Shown here: piece by piece, positions 53,567 to 64,000 of the stretch
Layout of the letters: the number at the start of each line of letters is the position of its first letter
Numbering within the stretch: the first letter of the stretch is position 1
Origin: Octopus sinensis
Taxonomy: Eukaryota
Length of the DNA: 64,000 bases
Assembly: GCF_006345805.1 (NCBI RefSeq)
Contig: NC_043004.1
Location: 93,992,001-94,056,000 of the forward strand
Reading direction: 5' to 3'
Notes under the pieces: model-generated
Database searches by the model: none
What the model was told of the DNA's origin: nothing
Seen by the model: only the letters and a program-made list of their open reading frames with translations
Translations under genes and position numbers: made by a program

Positions 53567-54136
53567 GACGGAGTCCTCTCGTTTTCCGTCTGCCAGTTCT
53601 GCTCTCAAGGCTTTAGTTGGCCCGTACTATAAGCAGACACTTGCCTAAGGTGCCACACAGGATGCTAATAGATATTTTGAATATTTCAAAACTAGTGACT
53701 ATACAGCTAACGAAAATTGTTTCCACAGGTATTAGATTTCATGAGGTCAGAAATTATTCCTATTTCATCTCAGATCAAATACAATATTTATATATAAGGT
53801 CATAATTCTTAAATAAAAAAAAAACGTACATTCTACATTTTCATTATATATAGAATACTTCCTCACACTGGAGTCTTCTCAAATTTTCTATCTGGAATAA
53901 CACTGGTTATTTGAATAGGTAGAGGTCAGAAGTCAGAGGTCAACTATGACATAATTATAGCTAATTGACTTGATATTACTGAAAACATTTTACTTTGTTT
54001 ATGGTTTTTTGTTTTACTTTTTTAGTGTTTGGTGTTGTTAGTTTGTTTTAATTTGCTAAATTGTTCTAATGACTATTGTCATTTTATTTGTCTTTAATTT
54101 TTTCTTTGCTTTTTTACTTCTCTTCTACTATTAAAA

Positions 54137-54141
54137 CATCA

Positions 54142-54185
<44 letters not shown>

Positions 54186-54297
54186 CGCCATCATCATCAA
54201 TATTATTAGTTTTACTATTGTTGCTATTGTTGATGTTATTGTGCAAAGTTATCTTATATTCATCCTCATTATTGCATTTTTCTGCCTTCTTTTTCCC

Positions 54298-54367
<70 letters not shown>

Positions 54368-54627
54368 GTCGTCGTCGTCGTCGCTATCAGCAACAGCAGC
54401 AGCAATGTCTTGTCAAATTCTCCGTTATTAATGTCATCGTTATCGGCTTCATTGTCCTCTTCCCCCGCCTCATAATAATAATAATAACAATAATAATAAT
54501 AATAATAATAATACATAATAATAATAATAATCATAATAAATAATAATAATAATAACAATAATAATAATCAATAATAATAATAATAATAATAATAATAATT
54601 ATAATAATAATAACAATAATAATAATA

Positions 54628-54670
<43 letters not shown>

Positions 54671-54984
54671 TATTATTATTATTATTATTATTATTATCAA
54701 TGATAATAATAATAATAATGATAAGAAGAAGAAGAAGAAGAAGAAGGAGAAGGAGAAGAAGAAGAAGAAGAAGAAGAAGAAGAAGGAGAAGAAGGAGAAG
54801 AAGAAGAAGGAGAAGAAGAAGAAGAATAGTCGCGCACATATGGTTGTGATGCCTAGTGTACTCTTATCAGATGGGTAGTCATGATGGGTGTACTGGGCTT
54901 CGTATATTTTACCCCAGTGATACTTTGATGGCATGCACTGCTCTCTCACTCGATAATAATAATAATAATAACAACAACAACAGC

Positions 54985-55023
<39 letters not shown>

Positions 55024-55026
55024 AAT

Positions 55027-55074
<48 letters not shown>
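54137..55074. repeat. Compound trinucleotide field (CAT)n,(AAT)n,(ATT)n,(AAG)n,(AAC)n
   Basis: Directly visible; contains a 120-bp unique island at 54829-54952. Confidence 0.9.
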
Positions 55075-55180
55075 TTACTTGACACCACGTGGGACAACCA
55101 GGATGCCAGTGCGTAGCCGTCCAACATGCTTAAAACAGCAGACAAATATTTTCCCCACCACATCCTATTTTAAAAACATA

Positions 55181-55575
55181 TACTTTTTTACTCGTTTCAG
55201 TCATTTGACTGTGACCATGCCTTTAGTCGAGCAAATGACCCCAGGACTTATTCTTTGTAAGCCTAGTACTTATTCTATCGGTCTATTTTGCCGAACCGCT
55301 AAGTTACGCGGACGTAAACACATCAGCATCATTTGTCAAGCGATGTTGGGGGACAAACACAGACACACAAACATATGCTCACACACACACATACATATAT
55401 ATATATACATATATACGACGGGCTTCTTTCAGTTTCCGTCTACCAAATCCACTCACAAGGCTTTGGTCGGCCCGAGGCTATAGTAGAAGACACTTGCCCA
55501 AGGTGCCACGCAGTGGGACTGAACCCGGAACCATGTGGTTCGTAGACAAGCTACTTACCACACAGCCACTCCTAC
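55181..55575 (-). mobile_element. SINE family A
   Basis: Reverse copy. Confidence 0.88.
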
Positions 55576-56446
55576 GTATTTGACTTTCTTTTGACGGCAA
55601 GGTGGTAGAATCGTCACCACGTCGGGCAAAATGCTTAGCGGCACGCACGCATGCACGCAGACACACACACACTTATATATAAACACACTCACAAATACAC
55701 ATACAAATACACAGAAGCACATTCAGAGAATAACGCACAAACACATTTACACGAACACACACAATCACTCACACACAAACACACTGACACAAAGACTAAG
55801 AAACACCATACATTCACGTAACAACACACGTACGAACATCCACGTTCACACAACACCGCACACACATACACACATACGCAGACGCACTCTCGAAAACACA
55901 CGCGCACACATGAAGTAACGCGATATTAGGGTGTTCCTTTCGTAGAACTAGGAAGTACATTTGAACGAAGTCAGGACAAGAAAAAGCTTAACAGCCATTG
56001 TCTGTGTTATTGAGATGTTTTCTGCTGATGAAAATAACAAGGTTCAGATTACAAGAGACAATCGAGATAATGTGTCACGTCTTTATACTACTCCTGTGTG
56101 TCGCAGGAGGAGAAGGCGGGTTATAGCTTAGTGGTTAAGAAGTACGCTTCGCTATCATAAGATTCCGGGTTCAATTCCACTATGTAAAAAAGTGGTCTTT
56201 GAGGTTCTTTTTTTTTTGTTATCATAGATTTGAATAATACAAAATTCTGTCACTCAAATTAGGGAGGTGGAATCATTGTGGAAATATGCACGATTGGTTT
56301 GTGTAGTCTTATCGCTCACAGTTTTACGCTGACTTTGCCTGAGTATTACGTTAAGGTTACACGCATCTTTCAAGGAAAAAAAATTGGAATTTCTCATGAA
56401 CTTTGAAGAGTAGCGATAATTGATCAGGAGAATGGGTGTCTCATTT

Positions 56447-56750
56447 ATCTTTTACTAGTTTCAGTCATTAAACTGCGACCATGCCGGGGAACCCCCTTGA
56501 AGGATTTTAGTCGAACGAATCGACCCCAGTTTTCTTTAAAGCCTGGTACTAATTCTGTCGGTCTCTTTTGCAGAACCGCTAAGTTGCGGGGACGTAAACT
56601 CACCAGCTCTGGTTGCCAAGCGGTGATGGGGGACAAACACAGACACAAATGCACATGCGCGCACACACGCACACGTACTCACAAATACACACATACACAT
56701 ATGTATATTAATGTATGTATCTATGTATACGATGGGCTTCTTTCAGTTTC
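56447..56750 (-). mobile_element. SINE family A 3' part, abutted by the family C array
   Basis: Ends at GGGCTTCTTTCAGTTTC where family C begins. Confidence 0.75.
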
Positions 56751-57392
56751 TTATTTCTCTATTGCTCACAAGGGGCTAAACATAGAGACAAACATAGGGA
56801 CAAACAAGGACAGGCAAAAGGATTCAGTCGATTACATCGACCCCCATGCGTAACTGGTACTTAATTTATCGACCCCGAAAGGATGAAAGGCAAAGTCGAC
56901 CTCGGCGGAATTTGAACTCAGAACGTAACGGCAGACGAAATACCGCTAAGCATTTCGTCCTACGTGCTAACGTTTCTTATTTCTTTATTGTCCACAAGGG
57001 GCTAAACATAGAGGGGACAAACAAGGACAGACAAAGAAATTAATTCTATTATATCGACCCCAGTGCGTAACTGGTATTTAATTTATCGACCCCGAAAGGA
57101 TGAAAGGCAAAGTCGACCTGGGCTGAATTTGAACTCAGAACGTAACGGCAGACGAAATACCTATTTCTTTACTACCCACAAGGGGCTAAACACCGAGGGG
57201 ACAAACAAAGACAGACAAAGGGATTAAGAAGATTATATCGACCCAGTGTGTAACTGGTACTTAATTTATCGACCCCGAAAGGATGAAAGGCAAAGTCGAC
57301 CTCGGCGGAATTTGAACTCAGAACGTAACGGCAGACGAAATACCGCTAAGCATTTCGTCCGACGTGCTAACGTTTCTGCCAGCTCGCCGCCT
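56751..57392 (-). mobile_element. SINE family C trimer
   Basis: Junctions at 57161/57162 (standard) and ~56976 (alternative, joined at GAAACGTTAGC). Confidence 0.88.
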
Positions 57393-57854
57393 TTTAGGAA
57401 AGAAAATGATATATGATTATGCAGACACAAAGAGTCAAATTATGTAGATTTTGGATTAACGGAGACACGAACACATCGAGTATTTTAATTCATGATTTTT
57501 AAAAATATATATATATAAAGAAAAACAGCCAATTTTCATCTTCACCATCGACAGCAGCGATAGTGGCGACTACAGCGGGATCGTCATCGTCGTCAGCACC
57601 ATCATCATCAAGTAGTGGTAGATGTAATGCGTAGAATGACAAACGAAATTCCTTGCAGTATTTAGTTACCTCTCTTCTCACACGAGTTCAAATTTCGCCG
57701 TGATCAACTTTCCCGTTCAGCTTTCCGGTGTCGATCAAAATAAAGTAAAAGAATAGAGCTTCATTTGATACACTTCACTACACCTTTTGTTAAAACTTGG
57801 GGCTTTGAATCAGAAGTAAGATATTACTAGTATTGTTATTATTAAGCATCACAA

Positions 57855-58420
57855 GGTAGCGAGCTGGCAGAATCGTTAGCACGCCGGGCGAAATGCTTAC
57901 CCGTATTTCGTCTGCTGCCGTTACGTTCTGAGTTCAAATTCAGCCGAGGTCGACTTTGCCTTTCATCCTTTTGGGGTCGATAAATTTAGTACCAGTTACG
58001 CACTGGCCTCGATGTAATCAACTTAATCCGTTTGTCCCCTCTGTGTTTAGCCATTGTGGGTAGTAAAGAAATAGGTATTTCGCCTGCCGTTACGTTCTGA
58101 GTTCAAATTCCGCCGAGGTCGACTTTGCCTTCGGGGTCGATAAATTAAGTACTAGTTACGCACTGGGGTCGATATAATCGACTTAATCCGTTTGTCTGTC
58201 CTTGTTTGTCCTCTCTGTGTTTAGCCCCTTGTGGGTAGTAAAGAAATAGGTATTTTGTCTGACGCTACGTTCTGAGTTCAAATTCTGCCGCGGTCGATAA
58301 TGCCTTTTATCCTTTTGGGGTTGATTAAATAATTACCAATTACACACTGGGGTCGATGCAATCGACTTACCCCTCCCCACAAATTTCAGGCCTTGTTCCT
58401 ATAATAGAAAGGATTATTAT
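57855..58420 (+). mobile_element. SINE family C trimer (last unit carries the older TTA-type tail)
   Basis: Junctions at 58073/58074 and 58248/58249; followed by another old copy at 58432-58650. Confidence 0.85.
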
Positions 58421-59144
58421 TAGCAGCATCAAGGCGCCGAGCTGGCAGAATCGTTAATACGCGGGACAAAATGCTTTGTGGTATTTCGTCTGTCTTTACG
58501 TTCTGGGTTCAAATTCTTTTAAGGGCGACTTTGCCTTTCATCCTCTTGATCGATAAAATAATGTGCCATTTGAATACTGGGTCGATATAGTTGATTTAGC
58601 TGCCACCCCTCAAAAATTGCTGGCTTTGCGCCAAAATATGAAACTATTATTAGCATCATCATCATCATCAGTATCATCAGCATCATCAACAACAACAAGA
58701 ATATCAAAAACAACAACCAACGGCAACAACAGTGTTAACTACAAAAGCCATCGAGCGGGCCTCAACATGGTTGATCTACAAGTTAGAAATAACAGTTAGA
58801 CCACCCTTCAGTCATGCACTATGACTTAAAAAAAATAATGCTTGATGTATATGGGTGGTGGTATCCGTAGTTATACTTAGAAAAGAAAAAGAAGACTGAA
58901 TGATTAGCATTAGGGTTTATTTGATCATAGGTGTTCTTGTCTTCGTTCGTATATTGACCTAGGGTTCAACACAAGAATAACAACAAGAGTTCAAAGGTGA
59001 AACTGTTACTGGTTATATTACACTGTAATTGAGAGCGAAGTTTACTGAAATATTACCAAGTTATGGCGTTTTCACTCATTTGTATGTACGTTTAAATATA
59101 TGTGTGTGTATGTGTGTGTGTGTATGTATGTATGTATGCGTGTA

Positions 59145-59175
<31 letters not shown>

Positions 59176-59580
59176 ATGCGTGTATGCGTGTGTGTGTATG
59201 TATGTATGTATGTATGTATGCATTCAGCTTTACTTCAAGATTTCTTGCCAATAGAGAAAGAGCTGGTTTCTTACCTAGATCCAAGGTTCTTTCACTGGAA
59301 TTTTAACATAAACATCAGGGTATTTTGTTTGTTTGTTTGTATGTATGTATGTATGTATGTATGTATGTATGTATGTCTGTCTGTATGTATGTATGTATGT
59401 ATATATGTATAAATATACATGTATATGTATATGTACGTATATGCTTATTTGAATGTATTTGTACATATATGTATTTGCGTATGTGTCTGTGTATGTATGT
59501 GTCTGTACGCAATTGTATGAATATTTATGCATATGGATGTTTGTATGTATTTGCGTATATGTCTGTGTATGTGTATGTAA

Positions 59581-59621
<41 letters not shown>

Positions 59622-59895
59622 TATGTATGTATGTATGAATATGTATCATATGTAGATTTGCATGTATTTGTGTGTGTGTATGTAGATGCGTGAAAATGTA
59701 TGCATCTAAGTATGTATGTATTTTTATATGTATACATGTGTATACATATATGTGTGTTTGTGATGTATGCGTGTGTGTGTGTGTGTATTTGCATACGCTT
59801 TTTGTGCATATGTATGTGTTTTGTGTATATGTTTACATATTTTTCCTTATCTTTTAGCATGTGCTTGTTGTTGTATGTGCCAAATATGTTTACAT

Positions 59896-60080
59896 CAGTG
59901 CTCCGCAACCGGTATGCCGCGGCACTCTGGTGTTCTACGAGGCGATAATAGTTGTTCCGCCGTGTAACCTTAATATAATTTTCTCCCTTCACTTATAGTT
60001 ACAGTCATAGTTCAGGTGTGCCGCTGAATTTTGAAAAGAATATAAGTGTACAGCAATTGAAAAAAGGTTGCGAAGCACTT
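59896..60080. mobile_element. Short hAT MITE
   Basis: CAGTGCTCCGCAACC...GGTTGCGAAGCACTT; flanks GTTTACAT/GTTCAGAT (6/8 match). Confidence 0.7.
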
Positions 60081-60195
60081 GTTCAGATGTCCGCTTTTTG
60101 CTTGTTTACACGAGTTTTTTTTGCTTGTTTGCTTGTTATCTGTGATCAAATGCATCCTAAACATGGTTGTACATTTAGATTTATTTTATCTAATA

Positions 60196-60504
60196 TGGCC
60201 CAGTGGTTAGGGCTGCGGACTCGCGGTCGGAGGATCGCGGTTTCGATTCCCAGACCGGGCGTTGTGCGTGTTTATTGAGTGAAAACACCTAAAGCTCCAC
60301 GAGGCTCCGGCAGGGGGTGGTGGCGATCCCTGTTGTGCTCTTTCGCCCCCATCTTTCTCTCACTCTCTCTTCCTGTTTCTTGAGTAACGCTGCGATGGAC
60401 TGGCGTCCTGTCCAGCTGGGTGGAACACATACGTCACAGAAAACCGGAAACCGGGCCCATGAGCCTGGCTATGCTTGAAAAGGGCGCATAAATAAATAAA
60501 TAAT
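60196..60504 (+). mobile_element. SINE family B, tail type 3, with ATCTAATAT TSD
   Basis: Same head as 31742/41697; tail CTGCGATGGACTGGCGTCCTGTCCAG...GAAACCGG...(TAAA)n. Confidence 0.85.
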
Positions 60505-60974
60505 AATCTAATATTGGCTTCCTTTCTCAGGGTGGTAATGTGTGTTTTGGCTGATTTTTCAAAGTGATCGAACGGCTACATGGATGCCTCCCTGTTGATC
60601 GAGTAGTCGAGTGATATGTCGCTTATGTTCATGTGGCATGAGGTATTACATATTCCACTGAGTCGGTATCTCTCTGTTGGCTTTAATGATGTGTATATTT
60701 AACTCTTATGAAAGACGATCTTCAGTAAGCTCCGATTATCTAATAAACTCGAAGATGTTAAAGTTGGTGGATGGGGTGGTGTTATGACAACAGGCTATGT
60801 CAGAAACGGTATGAATCCATGCCTGGATAACCTGATTCTACAAAAACTTTAGAAGCTATCGATTCTGGAATTGGTTCAGATTAATTGGAAGTGAATTGGT
60901 TAAAACCATTTAATATGTCAGCAATTTACTTAGTGAAACATAACGTTAATAGTCAACGATTTATCCGCTTAATA

Positions 60975-61170
60975 TTGGTTTCAAATTTTGGCACAAGGTC
61001 AGACAGTTCGGAGGAGGGGATAAATAGATTATATCGACCCCAGTGTTTGACTGGTACTTATTTTATCGACCTGGAAAGGATGAAAGGCAAAATCGACCTC
61101 GGCGGAATTTGTACTCAGAACATAAAGACAGTCGAAATGCCGCTAAGCATAATGCCAATTCACCGCCATT
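60975..61170 (-). mobile_element. Older family C-related SINE
   Basis: GGAAAGGATGAAAGGCAAAATCGACCTCGGCGGAATTT core. Confidence 0.7.
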
Positions 61171-61234
61171 TATGAGTTTAATATTCTTTATTTTCATCTG
61201 CTTTAAGCTGTTTCTTGAAACTACAGGAAAGCAC

Positions 61235-61800
61235 AGGTGTGAAATCGATATATTGTAGGGCCAGACCATTACTATTTCCAAAAGGTGAATTGGTTAAAGA
61301 AGAATTAGAACGTGAAGTACTAAATGGTACCTTGGAACCGATCGATTATAACGATTGGCTTACAACAAACCTCACTACTTGGAAGCCGAACGACTAAGTT
61401 CATGTTTATGGCAATTTTACAATCACCATCAACAAACGTACAATAGTTCACCACCCAAGACCCAAATTTAATGAACTATTCCATAAAGAGTAGGATAATT
61501 AAAACTTCAACGCAATCGATTTAAACGACGCATATTTGCAGATCTAATTAACTGAAGAATTAATTGAAGAATCACAAACATTACTTGCGATAAATGCGCT
61601 CTTTTTGTCTTTAGAGATATAAAAAGAATTCTTTTCGGAACCTGCTCGATTTTCAAGTCTTAATGATCAAATTTTATCTGGAATAAAGCATTGTGCAGCT
61701 TATCTCGTCAATATCATTCGTAACGGTGACGATAGATGAAGAATATTTAAATTATTTGGAGAAGAATATTTAATCGGCTAATGGCCTGCCGATGTCAAAT
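61235..61800 (+). pseudogene. Ty3/Gypsy pol (reverse transcriptase) remnant
   Basis: YCRARPLLF...VKEELEREVLNGTLEPIDYNDW...KPND..VYGNF; FNAIDLNDAYLQI; EESQTLLAIN; LSGIKHCAAYL(V/D)NII; many stops and frameshifts. Confidence 0.75.
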
Positions 61801-62714
61801 GTTATAAAAATATTATATGTTTATTCTTTTTATCTTTTGAAATCGATTCGATTATTTTTGCATTATCATTAGAGAGTGTGGCAAAAAAATTATCTTAAAA
61901 AGATACCAATGATATTTTTAAAAATTGACTGATTCTAGAAATGTGAATAAAGTGTTATGAAAGTCGTCTATTATACAGGTTCATATAGAATATTCATGTG
62001 CAATCTGCAGTCTGCGGGACTTTAGGAATGGCACACCAAGCAGAAAAACAGGTTGCCAATGCCTCATCTCGAACGTGGCAAACATCATTGCACAGTTACA
62101 TAATTCAACGAAAATGATTGTACCAATGAAAGAAGGATCAGGTAATTGTTATTTGAAATTATAGAACTCACGCATTGCAATGAAAATTTGTTCTTTAATT
62201 TTAGAAATAGAAACATCACAAGTTGATATTTGAACGGCCTTGTGAGAAAATGAAAATGGAGTTCAACGTCCGTCGGATCACGTTATCAAAACACTGAATT
62301 CTTATCGACAGCAATATTCGAAAATTCAAGACAGGGATTATCTCTTATATTAGGCATTTATAAATTTAGTCAATTTCCGTTAATCAGACTTGAAGGACAA
62401 CCCTTATGTATATAGCAGTGCAACAGCGTATCTTTTTTTTTCTATTTTATTCTTATCTATTCATTTATTTATTTATTTTCACTGGCTGTTGTATTCCATG
62501 TATGGACATGTGGTGAATACTTACTTCTGAAGGAATTTTATTCGAATCCTTTATATTATCAGTGAAGGTAATGAGGTAAAAATGGTCATGTTTCTGTGTT
62601 GCTATAACAGCTGGATCATTTTTAACCGACAAAGATAAGGCGGAAAAGATTACGGAGGTTTTTATGATTCATGAAATCATCGAATGTTTTTCTTGTGATT
62701 GTATTCTTGTAGGC

Positions 62715-63007
62715 GTACCTGGTGCTTTGTCGGTTACGACGACGAGGGTTCTAGTTGATCCGATCAACGGACGGCTTACTCTTTTACTCTTTTACTTGTT
62801 TCAGTCATTTGACTGCGGCCATGCTGGAGCACCGCCTTTAATCGAGCAACTCGACCCCGGGACTTATTCTTTTGTAAGCCCAGTACTTATTCTATCGGTA
62901 ACTTTTACCGAACCGCTAAGTAACGGGGACATAAACACACCAGCATCGGTTGTCAAGCAATGCTAGGGGGACAAACAAACACAGACACACAAACACACAC
63001 ACGCATA

Positions 63008-63074
<67 letters not shown>

Positions 63075-63378
63075 TACAACGGGCTTCTTTCAGTTTCCGT
63101 CTACCAAATCGACTCAAGGCTTTGGTCGGCCCGAGGCTAGAGTAGAAGACACTTTCCCAAGGTGCCACGCAGTGGGACTGAACCCGGAACCATGTGGTTG
63201 GAAAACAAGCTACTCACCACACAGCCACTCCGGCTTGTTTGTGAAATTAACGAGGAAGTGGCTGAGCACTCCACAAACATGCGTACTCTTAACGTGGTAC
63301 TCAGAGAGCTTCAACGTGACGCAGAACATAAGGTCGGCCCTTTGAAATACAGGTACTGCTCATTTTTGCCAGCTGAGA
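62715..63378 (-). mobile_element. Tail-type-1 SINE fragment split by a family A insertion
   Basis: Parts 62715-62777 and 63231-63378 rejoin at the duplicated CGGCTT. Confidence 0.8.
62778..63230 (-). mobile_element. SINE family A with 6-bp TSD CGGCTT
   Basis: TSD at 62772-62777 and 63231-63236. Confidence 0.9.
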
Positions 63379-63529
63379 GAAACAGCTCACCGTTTTCACA
63401 CACACACATATATAATACATGCATATGTATGTATGTATGTATGTATGTGTGTATGTATGTATGCATGTATGTATGTATGTATGTATGTATGTATGTATGT
63501 ATGTATGTATGTATGTATGTATGTGTGTC

Positions 63530-63771
63530 TTTAATTTGTTTCAGTCATTTGACTGTAGCCATACTGGTACACCGCCTTAAGTCGAACAACTCGACCCTAG
63601 GACTTATTCTTTGTAAGCCTAGCATTTATTCTATCGGTCTCTTTTGCCGAACCGATAGATTACGGGGACGTAAACACAGCAACATCGGTTGTCAAGCGAT
63701 GATGGAGGCGGGGGGGGGGGCAAACACTGACACACAAACATCATATATATATATATATCTATCGATATATA

Positions 63772-63804
<33 letters not shown>

Positions 63805-63966
63805 ACACATATATATAAATGGGCTTCTTTCAGTTCTGTCTACCAAATCCACTTACAAGGCTTTGATCGGCCCGTAGAGCCGATAGTAGAAAATATTTGC
63901 CCAAGGTGTCACGCAGTGGGACTGGACTCTGAACCATGTGGTTGGTAAGCAAGCTACTTACCACAC
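63530..63966 (-). mobile_element. SINE family A, moderately diverged
   Basis: Reverse copy. Confidence 0.85.
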
Positions 63967-64000
63967 ACCTATGTATATATCTGCAGAGCTTACGTCTTCG

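Overview
Eukaryotic, AT-rich, repeat-dense genomic DNA. The tRNA-derived SINE families and the load of (TA)n/(GATA)n/(TAA)n microsatellites suggest an octopus/coleoid cephalopod; this is inference, not a database hit. Almost all ORF-track entries are microsatellite or SINE artefacts. One convincing protein-coding exon is present: a minus-strand first coding exon (26570-26301, 90 codons, phase-0 GTAAGT donor) of a LURAP1/FAM89-like leucine-rich adaptor. I could not find its next exon in the window. The rest is three SINE groups, hAT/mariner/pogo/Helitron-like DNA elements, R4/Dong-like and Gypsy retroelement relics, and a 100-N gap. Main observations: (1) two tandem, apparently intact type I hammerhead ribozymes (minus strand, 33186-33472), each with a palindromic helix III and cleavage sites 194 nt apart, lying antisense inside the internal (TA)n of a SINE; three degenerate hammerhead-like relatives occur elsewhere. 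(2) A SINE forms head-to-tail multimers with the same hairpin junction at six positions; one trimer is bracketed by a single long TSD. (3) SINE heads swap tails in a modular way, and there is a candidate partner-LINE 3' end. (4) Perfect CRE palindromes cluster in intron 1 of the gene.
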